Source: Candidatus Saccharimonas aalborgensis (GTDB lineage: Bacteria; Patescibacteriota; Saccharimonadia; Saccharimonadales; Saccharimonadaceae). From it: a stretch of 32,000 nucleotides of DNA. The stretch lies in the NCBI RefSeq assembly GCF_000392435.1, contig NC_021219.1:930001-962000 (forward strand), given 5' to 3'. The translations under genes and the position numbers were made by a program. The stretch's first letter is position 1. Every line of letters starts with the position of its first letter. A model generated the notes under the pieces. It was given only the letters and a program-made list of their open reading frames with translations, did no database searches and was not told the DNA's origin. This document shows positions 23,523-32,000 of this stretch, one piece after another.

Positions 23523-24599
23523 TTATTTTTGCAAGCGTGACTGAGCAATGGCTCGTTCGGCGGTTTGTCCCAATACGAGGCAACTGCGATCACGCGGAAG
23601 TGCTTCGAGCGCTTTGTCCATCGGCCAAAATGAGGGACTGCTCTGCCCGAGGGTGGTGTTTTCGAAGCAGCCAAGTTCAGCAGCAATCCGAACAGGTCCC
23701 GCGATGCCATGTGTTTTTGCCGCTAGCTGGTCGTAGCGTGCGATGAGACGCTGGAGGAGAGGTACAACGACGCTACCGCCATACTGCCCTATCGCCGATA
23801 GATCATTGCGATCAATTTCGGGGTATGGCAACTCGATGCGAAACTTTTGGCCATCACCATTGCCGAGTTCCATACTTTGTCCACCGACACGCGCGACTTC
23901 TTCGTCAAAGACGGCGCGAATTTGATCGAGAAAATCGCGCAATAGCGGATAATCTTTTGCCGCTGCTTCGGTGGAATGGCTCATATCCCACATCAATATG
24001 TAGGCATTTGGTGTGGTGGGTACGTCTAGCAAGAGCTTGTCGGCGAGCGAGTAGTAACCCTGCCCGAGGGTATCGAGTCGCGTAGTGGATGCCTGAATTG
24101 CTTGGTGGTACTGCTGCCACAACTGGCGAAGCTGTAGCTCGCTCGGAAGCTTGCCATGCTCAGGCGAAAAAGCAAATTGAAAGACAGCCTCACCCTCACG
24201 TTCTAGCGCGAGTGGCATGCCAAAAACGATATGTTGTTCTGGGTTCATGAGACTCGGCGCAAACTCAGATCGACCAGTACGAAATGTCTCACCGACCCGA
24301 GAGGCGACGAGGTCGACGCGTCGACCGTTGATATTGGTTCGCTGGAAGTCAAGTCGTGTATCATCGATCGCGGGTGCATTGATGGCGGTAATCGTCGCAG
24401 CTGAGTCACTATACCAGCGGTCACGCATAAATAGCACAACACCGTCAAATGCAGCGCATTGCCCGAGAGAGCGCACCACAGGATCAACGGCAGTGTAGAT
24501 ATCGCCGATCGCCTGGACGAGATCGGGTCGCTCTGCCCGTAAGTACTGTTCGTGACGGTTCGCCCGCTCCGGATTATTGGTGTCTGCTGACCAAATCAT
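23523..24599 (-). CDS. GAF-like N-terminal domain plus divergent class III nucleotidyl-cyclase-homology domain protein
   Basis: The C-terminal half matches the cyclase homology domain pattern: AYILMWDMSHSTEAA...LRDFLDQIRAVFDEEVARVGGQSMELGNGDGQKFRI...VRIAAELG. Both metal-binding Asp positions are present. The Asn/Arg of the usual VN-A-R segment are replaced (WPMDKALEAL). Confidence 0.5.
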   Translation of the reverse strand: MIWSADTNNPERANRHEQYLRAERPDLVQAIGDIYTAVDPVVRSLGQCAAFDGVVLFMRDRWYSDSAATITAINAPAIDDTRLDFQRTNINGRRVDLVASRVGETFRTGRSEFAPSLMNPEQHIVFGMPLALEREGEAVFQFAFSPEHGKLPSELQLRQLWQQYHQAIQASTTRLDTLGQGYYSLADKLLLDVPTTPNAYILMWDMSHSTEAAAKDYPLLRDFLDQIRAVFDEEVARVGGQSMELGNGDGQKFRIELPYPEIDRNDLSAIGQYGGSVVVPLLQRLIARYDQLAAKTHGIAGPVRIAAELGCFENTTLGQSSPSFWPMDKALEALPRDRSCLVLGQTAERAIAQSRLQK

Positions 24600-24636
24600 A
24601 ATACAAACTATATCCTAAAAAAGGATATTTTGCAAG

Positions 24637-25410
24637 CTAGCGGCGTTTAACGCGGTCAGCAATAATTGACCCTGCCGCTATCCCGACCGCAATAGTAATG
24701 GCTTGTCCAGCTGCTTTCCCGAGACCGATCAAGGCATCTTTTGCTCGCTCACGTCGTAGTTCAGCAGCTATCTCACCCTCTGCGTCCTCTAGATCTGGAG
24801 CACAATCAAAAATCTGTTCAAAAAGTTCATTGAGTTCAGCCATTTGGCCTTCAACAAGCACGTCAACAATTGCTGAGGCACTCCTCGGCGTCGATTCATG
24901 CAGATAGGTGTCGAGCAAATCTTCGACAAATGATTCGATTTTTTCTTTTGTGATCAACTCGGTCGAGTCGTATTTGTCCGAAAGCGCCGCAAAATACTCA
25001 TTGATATCCGAGAGATTACTGTAGAGAATTGTTGTGAGCTCCTGGAGCAAGGTTTCGGTACCCTCAGATTGCAATACGACTTCAGCAATTAGTTTCGAAA
25101 GGGCGATGTGGTATTGCTTTTTCATAGCAATGGCACGTCTTTCGAGTTCATCGATGTGCTGCATATCCGGATAGGCAAATCGGTCACACACTACTTCGCA
25201 AATGGTAGCCCTCGCCTCATCAAGTTCTGCCAAATACTGCGCATACCGAGACACTTCCTCATCAGTGATAGGAAGGTCTATCGGATCCTCAAGACCAGCG
25301 ATAGCTTCATGGATTCCCGCAAGCGGACCCGACGTAATATTGACCGGCTCTTTACGAGTTATCGGCTCCTCTGGTTTATCGGCTGGAGGGGGCATTTCTG
25401 CAACCGTCAT
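24637..25410 (-). CDS. Acidic helical protein with a C-terminal transmembrane anchor (257 aa)
   Basis: The ATG at 25410 lies 8 nt after AAGGAG. C-terminal ALIGLGKAAGQAITIAVGIAAGSIIADRVKRR. It lies 37 nt upstream of the cyclase-like gene on the same strand. Confidence 0.6.
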   Translation of the reverse strand: MTVAEMPPPADKPEEPITRKEPVNITSGPLAGIHEAIAGLEDPIDLPITDEEVSRYAQYLAELDEARATICEVVCDRFAYPDMQHIDELERRAIAMKKQYHIALSKLIAEVVLQSEGTETLLQELTTILYSNLSDINEYFAALSDKYDSTELITKEKIESFVEDLLDTYLHESTPRSASAIVDVLVEGQMAELNELFEQIFDCAPDLEDAEGEIAAELRRERAKDALIGLGKAAGQAITIAVGIAAGSIIADRVKRR

Positions 25411-25466
25411 GGTGGAACTCCTTTTGCTCCACGATACCATAAATAGGCTTATTTATCCACAGCCAC

Positions 25467-25495
25467 TTGACAAAATGGCAAAAGTGTGCTAGCAT
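25467..25495 (+). promoter_or_regulatory. Near-consensus sigma-70 promoter with extended -10
   Basis: TTGACA - 17 nt (ending TGC) - TAGCAT. The next plus-strand CDS starts about 540 nt downstream. Confidence 0.5.
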
Positions 25496-26036
25496 GGATC
25501 CAGCGTTACATCTTGCAAATCAACACGTGTAGTTTAATTTGAGCAATCAGGCGACCCCCGCCCCTGTTTCTTGGCTTTCAGTCAAGACGTTCATTGACGT
25601 ATGCCGATAATAAAAAGTCAAAGGCACGAATGAATCGTCACTGGCAGACTCTTGGTGGGTTTTCCTGATACTCATATAGCTACGCGAGATGAACGCAACA
25701 TCACACCAAAAAGTTGACTCACCGCATGTCAGCTTGCACCTCAACAAAACTGCAAGGTGTAATGACAATAACGTTAATGGAAAGGATTTAAGTCGGATGT
25801 TAATTATTACATTTATGTCAGCGGGCAAGTAAGTCATCATTTGTGAGGTAATCTCAATCTCGCAAATGTACTTCGCCTGCTATCACTATAGAGGCCTATC
25901 ACGTTTTCGAAATTGATAGTAGCTCCAAAACCCCCGTGGTTCCCTGCCCTTTGAGCGCTGGCGTTTTTTTGGCAGCCGAATTTGGCAGGCAATCACCCTG
26001 ACAATGAACAAAACAACAAAACAGATAGGAGGAGGT

Positions 26037-27827
26037 ATGCTTATCGCAGACCTAAAAGCGATTTTGGCGGAAATGCGTCAAGATCCGACCGTTGCTCCTG
26101 AACTACCCGTGGTAGCACGTGCGATTCGACGTACGTTTGCCTGGGAGGTTCTCAGCGAGCTGCTCCAAGTCCTTCAGTCCGTACCAGTGATGTTTTTTAC
26201 GAATGAACTGGTTCGCCCGGGACCGGAGAGCCCTCGAAACATCGCGCTTGTCGCACTCAGTTTCGCTGTTCTTTATAAAGTAAATCAGCTTGTCGCCAAT
26301 CGTATGGGCCTGCATCGTAATGATGTGTTTTGGGGCTCATGGCGCGTTTGGTGGGGCTATGGCAATCGTCGACTGCTCCGCCAGAGTACCGACTGGCACA
26401 CAGCTCACAGTACTGGTGAGAAAGATTCGTTGATCGGCAAAAATATTGGACGGTTCCAAGAACTGTTTGATGAAGCGCTGTTCAATACGATCCCAGTACT
26501 GCTGCGTATCAGTCTGACGACGGCGTTTATGTTTGTGCTTGGCTGGCAATTTGGTCTCGTGGCTATCGTGACGATGGTGCTTTATGGCTATGTCCTGACA
26601 CGGACAGAGCGAACCATGCACCCTCACCGCGAAGAGTTTCAGACACGCATGAAGCAAGTCGAGGACAATGGCAGTGAATTGACGCGCAACTGGCGGACAA
26701 TTCGAACGCTTGGTCTCGAGGAACACTTCAGTGATCGCAACGAAGTACTGCTGCGCGACTTTTGGCACGATGAGTACCCTCGTCACCAGACCTGGGCTCG
26801 TTGTATCTCGCGTCAGGACGATATCTTGATAGTGAGTCGAGCGTCACTCTACCTTGTGCTGGGCCTTGTTGCTCTACGTTCAGGCAGCAGTGAAGCCATC
26901 GGTTCGCTGATCCTGGCAACGACATGGATGGAGCGTGCCTATAGCAATTACTGGCGTCTGAGTGACTTCCAGCGATTGCTTGGACGCGGACAAGAGGCAC
27001 TCAGAGAGCTAGTCGCGTTTTTGGCGCTCAAGCCGAGTGTCACCAACACTGATCAGCCACGCTGGCCGCGCCGTGTACGCGGAACCGTCAGTTTCCGAAA
27101 TGTGTGGTTTGCCTATCCAGGTGATTCGAGAGAATCGACTATCTCACAGTTCGATCTGCGCGTTCCTGCACACACCTCGCTGGCTTTTGTTGGCGAGAGT
27201 GGCAGTGGCAAATCGACGCTGATGCGTTTGCTCGCACGTGAGTACGACCCCTGTGTCGGCAGCATTACCGTCGATGGTATCGACCTACGTGATATCGACT
27301 ATCGGCGCTATCGTCATGAGTTGATTGCTGTCGTGAGCCAGACGATCGAGCTATTTGATCGCACCATCGCAGACAATATTCGTATTGCTCGGCCTGATGC
27401 GACGATGGACGAAGTCATCGAGTCGGCGAAGGCTGCCGGTGCGCATGAGTTCATCATGGCGACAGATCACGGATACGACAGTCGGATCGGTGAAGATGGT
27501 TTGACACTTTCGGGTGGTCAACGCCAGCGACTCGCGATTGCACGCGCGTTGCTGATGAAGCCAGCGATCTTGATTTTGGACGAAGCAACCTCGGCGCTCG
27601 ATGCAATGAGTCAGGCAGAAGTCCAGGCCACTATCGACGGGCTGATACAGCAACGAGTGTGCACGGTGTTCATCATCGCCCATCGTCTTAGCACTATTCG
27701 CGATGCCGATCGCATCGTGGTGATGGACAAGGGGCAGATGGCTGCCAGTGGGATTCACAAAGAGTTACTCTCGCACAGCGCCATCTATCGTCGGATGAAT
27801 GGTCTCGAGAACGGTTCTCACTCCTAA
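26037..27827 (+). CDS. ABC transporter, fused permease and ATP-binding protein (type I exporter, MsbA-like)
   Basis: N-terminal 6-TM-type domain. Walker A GESGSGKST, signature LSGGQRQR, Walker B ILILDEATSALD and H-loop IAHRLS. The ATG at 26037 follows AGGAGGAGG. The ORF-track start at 26004 has no SD. Confidence 0.9.
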   Translation: MLIADLKAILAEMRQDPTVAPELPVVARAIRRTFAWEVLSELLQVLQSVPVMFFTNELVRPGPESPRNIALVALSFAVLYKVNQLVANRMGLHRNDVFWGSWRVWWGYGNRRLLRQSTDWHTAHSTGEKDSLIGKNIGRFQELFDEALFNTIPVLLRISLTTAFMFVLGWQFGLVAIVTMVLYGYVLTRTERTMHPHREEFQTRMKQVEDNGSELTRNWRTIRTLGLEEHFSDRNEVLLRDFWHDEYPRHQTWARCISRQDDILIVSRASLYLVLGLVALRSGSSEAIGSLILATTWMERAYSNYWRLSDFQRLLGRGQEALRELVAFLALKPSVTNTDQPRWPRRVRGTVSFRNVWFAYPGDSRESTISQFDLRVPAHTSLAFVGESGSGKSTLMRLLAREYDPCVGSITVDGIDLRDIDYRRYRHELIAVVSQTIELFDRTIADNIRIARPDATMDEVIESAKAAGAHEFIMATDHGYDSRIGEDGLTLSGGQRQRLAIARALLMKPAILILDEATSALDAMSQAEVQATIDGLIQQRVCTVFIIAHRLSTIRDADRIVVMDKGQMAASGIHKELLSHSAIYRRMNGLENGSHS

Positions 27828-27876
27828 AGTCTAGTGTGGTTCGTGTCAGATAATCGAAGAGAGGAGCCTGCAAGAT

Positions 27877-27904
27877 GCCTCCGTGGACTGAGTTTCACGG
27901 AGGC
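27877..27904 (+). terminator. Possible terminator after the ABC exporter
   Basis: GCCTCCGTG - loop - CACGGAGGC 9-bp stem followed by TATTGCTTGG. Confidence 0.4.
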
Positions 27905-27938
27905 TATTGCTTGGGTAAATAAAGTGGTAACGATATGA

Positions 27939-27969
27939 AGTACACCGCCTTACAATCAGGCGGTGTACT
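27939..27969. terminator. Hairpin between the convergent ABC exporter and nusG genes
   Basis: AGTACACCGCC - 9-nt loop - GGCGGTGTACT, a perfect 11-bp stem. U tracts are weak on both strands. Confidence 0.45.
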
Positions 27970-27987
27970 GATATCTTGATACTTGTG

Positions 27988-28536
27988 TTAGACTTTTTTG
28001 ACCTGGAGTGCATCGAGCTCGACGGGCGTGTCGCGGCCAAACATGCTGACCATGACCTTGAGCTTACCCTTGGCGGTGTCGATTTCACTTACCGCGCCAT
28101 CAAAGCCCTTGAATGGTCCATCGGTGATGTTGACCACTTCTCCCGGCTGGAAGTCGATCTGATGCTTGGGGTCTTCGACACCCATACGTTTTTTGATCTT
28201 TGAGATCTCTGCGTCTGAAACAGGCGTTGGCTCAGTACCACTACCGACAAACCCAGTCACGCCAGGTGTATTACGGACAATGTACCATGTCTCATCGGTT
28301 AGTTTCATCTCGACGAGTACATAGCCTTGGAATATCTTGGCCTCAACGACTTTTCGTTTGCCGTTTTTGATCTGAATCTGCTTTTCCTTTGGCACCATAG
28401 CGTCAAAGATCTTGTCTGCCATATCGACAGCCTGAATACGCTGTTTGATTGCATCGGCGACTTTTTCTTCGTAGCCGCTATAGGTGTGGATTGCGTACCA
28501 TTGACGAGTACCATCATATCGATTCTTGTGTGCCAT
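27988..28536 (-). CDS. nusG: Transcription termination/antitermination factor NusG
   Basis: WYAIHTYSGYEEKV (NGN domain), and the KOW motif FQPGEVVNITDGPFKGFDGAVSEID. Confidence 0.95.
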   Translation of the reverse strand: MAHKNRYDGTRQWYAIHTYSGYEEKVADAIKQRIQAVDMADKIFDAMVPKEKQIQIKNGKRKVVEAKIFQGYVLVEMKLTDETWYIVRNTPGVTGFVGSGTEPTPVSDAEISKIKKRMGVEDPKHQIDFQPGEVVNITDGPFKGFDGAVSEIDTAKGKLKVMVSMFGRDTPVELDALQVKKV

Positions 28537-28537
28537 G

Positions 28538-28879
28538 TTATTTCCTCAAAATAATGTTAAACAAATATTGAAAACCTGCGTCGAGTAGCAAAATAACGAC
28601 GACAAAAAACGCAGTAAAGAGCAGCAGCGCGCCCGTCATGGCCCAGGTGGTGCGCCGGTCTGGCCAGCGAACTTGACGGAGCTCATACCATGAACCCTTT
28701 AGGTACCGCCAGATAGCGAAAAATGGATTGCGAGTACGTCGTACTAGCTTGTCGCCATCGTCACTCACTACCTTCCGTGTCCTTTTGGGCGCTACTGGTT
28801 TTTTTGATTTTTTTGAACCACTATCATTTGCTGTAATGCGCGTGATCTTGGGTGTTGATGATTTTGCTGGTGTCGCCAC
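28538..28879 (-). CDS. secE: Preprotein translocase subunit SecE with a Lys-rich N-terminal tail
   Basis: YLKGSWYELRQVRWPDRRTTWAMTGALLLFTAFFVVVILLLD is the typical SecE core. The start is uncertain: GTG at 28879 (purine-rich SD-like stretch upstream) or TTG at 28933 as in the ORF track. The stop lies 1 nt before the nusG start. Confidence 0.8.
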   Translation of the reverse strand: MATPAKSSTPKITRITANDSGSKKSKKPVAPKRTRKVVSDDGDKLVRRTRNPFFAIWRYLKGSWYELRQVRWPDRRTTWAMTGALLLFTAFFVVVILLLDAGFQYLFNIILRK

Positions 28880-29010
28880 GATAGATTTCCTGCTCTCCCA
28901 ATTAAATAAGTCTGCTTTCTGGCAGACTGTCAAGAGTAGTATATGTCACCTCGAGAACTTTGTCAATAATAAACAGATGGTTCTTATGGTTGCATGTCCT
29001 GGATTTTGTG

Positions 29011-29826
29011 ATGTACACTAGCCGCATGACAAAGAAAACCCACGAGACACTAGCAAATGGAATTGATTTTGAGCAGCGCGACAAGGCGATTGCTCGGTTG
29101 CGTGCATTTTTACGTCTTGAGACCGACGAACTCCTTCAGCGTCCGTTGACCGACGACGAGAAAGTAATGCTCGAGAAATGCAACGTGTGGCGCACAATGG
29201 TAGAAACAAAAGATACGCCGAATCGCCGTCTCGCGCTGGCAATGCTTGGGCTTGAAGAGGCCGTACGCGTTCTTTATGAGCAGGCGGGGTGCGATGTAAC
29301 TCGGGAGAGTGTAGTGATCAATAGGGATGGCGAAGAAGTACCATATCATTTTTCTGCATCACAAGCTGGCTCTGATTTTGGGATGGTTCTCGGCTGTCGA
29401 TTTACCCAGCCGAAGCAGCTTGATGCGTACGGTAGGCCACACGACAGTATGCTGCACGTATTGCTCCCTACTGACGGATACCTTTACGAAACGCTTGCTC
29501 ATGGCGACCCCCATGAGCCGCAGTTTTTTGCTTCGGAGCCAGACATTTACTCTGCGGAGTGGTCAGAAGATGAAAGAGAGAGGTTACCAAATGGTGGTGT
29601 TACCTATCGAGAGATCAATGGAACTCGTTCATTATACGATGAGAGCGGCACGTATATACCAGATCCAGCAGACCGGCGCCGTGACGTGTATCATCGTGAT
29701 CGAGTACATTATCGACCACTCTACACAGAAGATGCCCCAGGTATCGAACGGTATATGCGTATCACCCAGACCCTTATAGCCCAGTATCTTGAGGCCATTG
29801 AGATAAGTAAACGGTCATCGTCCTAG
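29011..29826 (+). CDS. Hypothetical protein (about 270 aa)
   Basis: Long ORF. The ATG at 29011 or 29026 is more plausible than the ORF-track start at 28960. No motif recognised. Confidence 0.6.
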   Translation: MYTSRMTKKTHETLANGIDFEQRDKAIARLRAFLRLETDELLQRPLTDDEKVMLEKCNVWRTMVETKDTPNRRLALAMLGLEEAVRVLYEQAGCDVTRESVVINRDGEEVPYHFSASQAGSDFGMVLGCRFTQPKQLDAYGRPHDSMLHVLLPTDGYLYETLAHGDPHEPQFFASEPDIYSAEWSEDERERLPNGGVTYREINGTRSLYDESGTYIPDPADRRRDVYHRDRVHYRPLYTEDAPGIERYMRITQTLIAQYLEAIEISKRSSS

Positions 29827-31436
29827 CGACGTGACATGCTAAACCCAAATGTCGACCCATGGTTGAGTCGTGAGGTCATCTCTATAGTAACCCCAAGTTT
29901 CTTGGCTAGTTTTCTCGCGACGTACAAACCGAGACCGGTACCACCCGTCTCCCTAGTACGGTAATCTTCACTTCGCCAGAACTTCTCGAACACATGCTTT
30001 TGGTCTGATTTGCTCATGCCAATGCCAGTGTCCTGGACGGAAAACTTGAGTGTAGTATCGGCTGCCTTGACCGATACAAGCACACTGCCCTCTTTGGTGT
30101 ATTTGATTGCATTGGTAACAAAGTTTTGCAACAGCTCCTTGAGGTAGAGACGGCTGGCTACCACTTCACCAAGGCCAGGATCAAGGTCAAGATTAAACTT
30201 GAGGCCTTTTGTCTCGGCTTGAGGCGCGTATTCATTGTAGAGATCGTGGATGAGATCGCTCACATTGATAGACTCAGGTGCATCCGCGACACCACGTTCG
30301 GCACGGCTGAGGGTACTGAGGTCATTGACCATTTTTGCGAGAAAGAGTACCTGATCGTGGGCGATAGTGACATTGGTTGCGAGCGTGGCTTTTGGAATGT
30401 CCTCCCTGGTCATCATGAGCTGAACATTGCTCAGAGTACCCTCAGCAATGGTGATGGGCGTACGTAGCTCATGGCTCACTACCGAGATAAACTCGTCTCG
30501 CTCTTCCTCGAGACTTTTTTGTTTTGTTATGTCGCGCAGAATAACAATATAGCCGTCGGTTTCATCGTCACTATCAGTTCCTCTGATAGGCGAGAAAATA
30601 ACTGATAGATGGAGTGTTTCCTCTGATATGGTGGCACTGAGGTCATCTCTGGATATGACTCCGCGTGCAGATCGAAATGCACTCGAAAACTTGAAGCGTT
30701 TGTTGTCCTTGTCGAGCAAGCGGATTACATCATCAATATGCTTGCCGTTAAGACTTGTATTAGTGTCGAGTAAATTGAGTGTCGCGGCGTTGAATACCTG
30801 GATAACACCGTGATTGTCGGTGCTCAATATACCATCGGCAAGGTTATTGACGAGGGTCATGATACGATCACGTTGGTGAGATTCCTCGGATTGACTACGC
30901 GCTAATTCGTCTCGGTCTACACGTTGGATCGACATAATTGTCGCTGCAACGTAGCCGACCAGAAGTGTACCGAGAAAGTACATGATATCACGCGCTATGT
31001 ACTCGGCCTGGTCCATAGTCAGTAAAATATCGGCGAGCATGGTGGCAAAAAGCGCCAGGATGCTCAGGTTGAGCCCATCTCTGCCCCAAAAGGTAAATGA
31101 TGCAAGGAGAAGTACTACCCAGGTTGCCATAAATGGCATATCAAGTCCTGAGACAAACAGGATATAGGCAACTGAGAGCGCATGGTACAGCACAAGCCGC
31201 ACGGCAGTATCAAGCCGTGTTTTTGCTGGGACGAGAAACTGGTACACACTCAATATAGCCCAGCCAACAGAGATATACGCAAATGCTGTGAGATTAAACG
31301 GATGCTCGTTTTTGACGGCGCCCATCATGAGAAGCAGCCCATAAAACATCAAAATAACAGGCACCAGAAACCCAGCAAATCGGATCAGTTGCTCGGTACG
31401 CGCGTTGACATTTGGCAGGCCACCCTCGCTCATCAT
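29823..31436 (-). CDS. Sensor histidine kinase (multi-TM N-terminus, PAS-like region, HisKA and HATPase_c domains)
   Basis: H-box FISVVSHELRTPIT, N-box LLQNFVTNAIKYT, DTGIGM and GGTGLGLYV. It has five to six hydrophobic helices at the N-terminus. Confidence 0.9.
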   Translation of the reverse strand: MMSEGGLPNVNARTEQLIRFAGFLVPVILMFYGLLLMMGAVKNEHPFNLTAFAYISVGWAILSVYQFLVPAKTRLDTAVRLVLYHALSVAYILFVSGLDMPFMATWVVLLLASFTFWGRDGLNLSILALFATMLADILLTMDQAEYIARDIMYFLGTLLVGYVAATIMSIQRVDRDELARSQSEESHQRDRIMTLVNNLADGILSTDNHGVIQVFNAATLNLLDTNTSLNGKHIDDVIRLLDKDNKRFKFSSAFRSARGVISRDDLSATISEETLHLSVIFSPIRGTDSDDETDGYIVILRDITKQKSLEEERDEFISVVSHELRTPITIAEGTLSNVQLMMTREDIPKATLATNVTIAHDQVLFLAKMVNDLSTLSRAERGVADAPESINVSDLIHDLYNEYAPQAETKGLKFNLDLDPGLGEVVASRLYLKELLQNFVTNAIKYTKEGSVLVSVKAADTTLKFSVQDTGIGMSKSDQKHVFEKFWRSEDYRTRETGGTGLGLYVARKLAKKLGVTIEMTSRLNHGSTFGFSMSRR

Positions 31437-31472
31437 TCTCTAGTATATCCATAAGCGAGACAAATGAAAAGC

Positions 31473-32000
31473 TTATACTGAGGGCGTTTCGCGGGCAATC
31501 TGTCGTCGATGCAATTTGTAGTGCGGATCGTACTGGCCGACAAGCTGCCAAAATGCCTTTGAGTGGTTCATGTGTCTCGTATGGCAGAGTTCGTGGATGA
31601 TGACATAGTCGATGAGCTCGTCTTTTAGTTTCATCAGGCCGATATTGAGGCTTATTGTGCCCGTCGAGCTACAGCTTCCCCACCGAGTACCTGCATGTGA
31701 GAAGCGAATCCGCTCATAGCTGAGCCCAAGCTGTTCCCCGAGGGTTGACAAGCGATTATTTAGATATGATTTTGCTTCTTTGCGCAACACTATTATGACT
31801 GAGTCGCGAATTAACTGCTGAACGGCTCTCGATTCGAGTGTATGACCAGGGGGTAAATAGACGAGCAGCTTCTTGCGCTCGATTTTTACCTTCGGGTGAT
31901 CAACCATCCCTGTTTTGATAACAGCGATAGTGTGAGTTTTTCCAATAATCGTGCCATCTTGGTAGGTTATTTTTTTTGGTTGCTTAGCTAGAAGTTCGCG
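31473..32000 (-). CDS. YgjP/DUF45-type (M48-like) metal-dependent hydrolase. The N-terminus lies beyond the right window edge.
   Basis: IIHELCHTRHMNHSKAFW zinc-binding motif. The reading frame stays open upstream of the Met at 31907 all the way to position 32000 (...RELLAKQPKKITYQDGTIIGKTHTIAVIKTG-MVDH...). Confidence 0.75.
   Translation of the reverse strand, partial: RELLAKQPKKITYQDGTIIGKTHTIAVIKTGMVDHPKVKIERKKLLVYLPPGHTLESRAVQQLIRDSVIIVLRKEAKSYLNNRLSTLGEQLGLSYERIRFSHAGTRWGSCSSTGTISLNIGLMKLKDELIDYVIIHELCHTRHMNHSKAFWQLVGQYDPHYKLHRRQIARETPSV

Noticed and set aside
25778-25796. GGAAAGGATTTAAGTCGG, superficially like the RNase P RNA GAGGAAAGTCC box.
   Set aside because: Only a partial match. 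None of the other universally conserved RNase P segments or helices could be found nearby.
25547-25840. 97-aa minus-strand ORF in the gap upstream of the ABC exporter.
   Set aside because: No SD, odd composition, and no motif. It was treated as non-coding, and the region is reported as an unexplained spacer instead.
27846-28088. 80-aa minus-strand ORF overlapping the nusG 3' end and the terminator hairpins.
   Set aside because: It spans two hairpin terminators and the end of nusG in another frame. It has no SD.

Overview
The window is mostly minus-strand housekeeping genes from a small, compact bacterial genome. By inference it is Patescibacteria/Saccharibacteria-like, based on gene content, a ribosomal protein extension and about 50% G+C.

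Recognisable genes:
- Replication: dnaB, dnaX.
- A thymidylate/deoxynucleotide set: tdk, tmk, dcd-like, folA, thyA.
- All six members of the normally contiguous secE-nusG-rplK-rplA-rplJ-rplL cluster.
- One tRNA-Pro(CGG), an ABC exporter, a VanY-type peptidase, a CdsA-family enzyme and a sensor histidine kinase.

I found no rRNA, CRISPR array, transposase or integrase.

Main observations:
1. A structured inverted-repeat element of about 125 nt occurs in three same-orientation copies. It is either MITE-like or a structured RNA.
2. A 79-nt long-hairpin terminator module is duplicated behind two unrelated small membrane-protein genes. A shorter relative sits behind a third small gene.
3. The ribosomal-protein/nusG cluster is broken into four pieces by about 20 kb of other genes.
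4. Several sharply G+C-rich patches carry tail-less GC hairpins but AT-rich consensus promoters. This suggests acquisition from a high-GC donor.
5. A HIT / HxGH-nucleotidyltransferase x2 / dcd / tmk operon has duplicated members.
6. A GAF-like plus degenerate class III cyclase-like protein is paired with a membrane-anchored acidic protein.
7. Ribosomal protein L1 carries an N-terminal extension of about 100 aa.

Functional calls come from motif reading of the translated ORFs only. No database search was possible.
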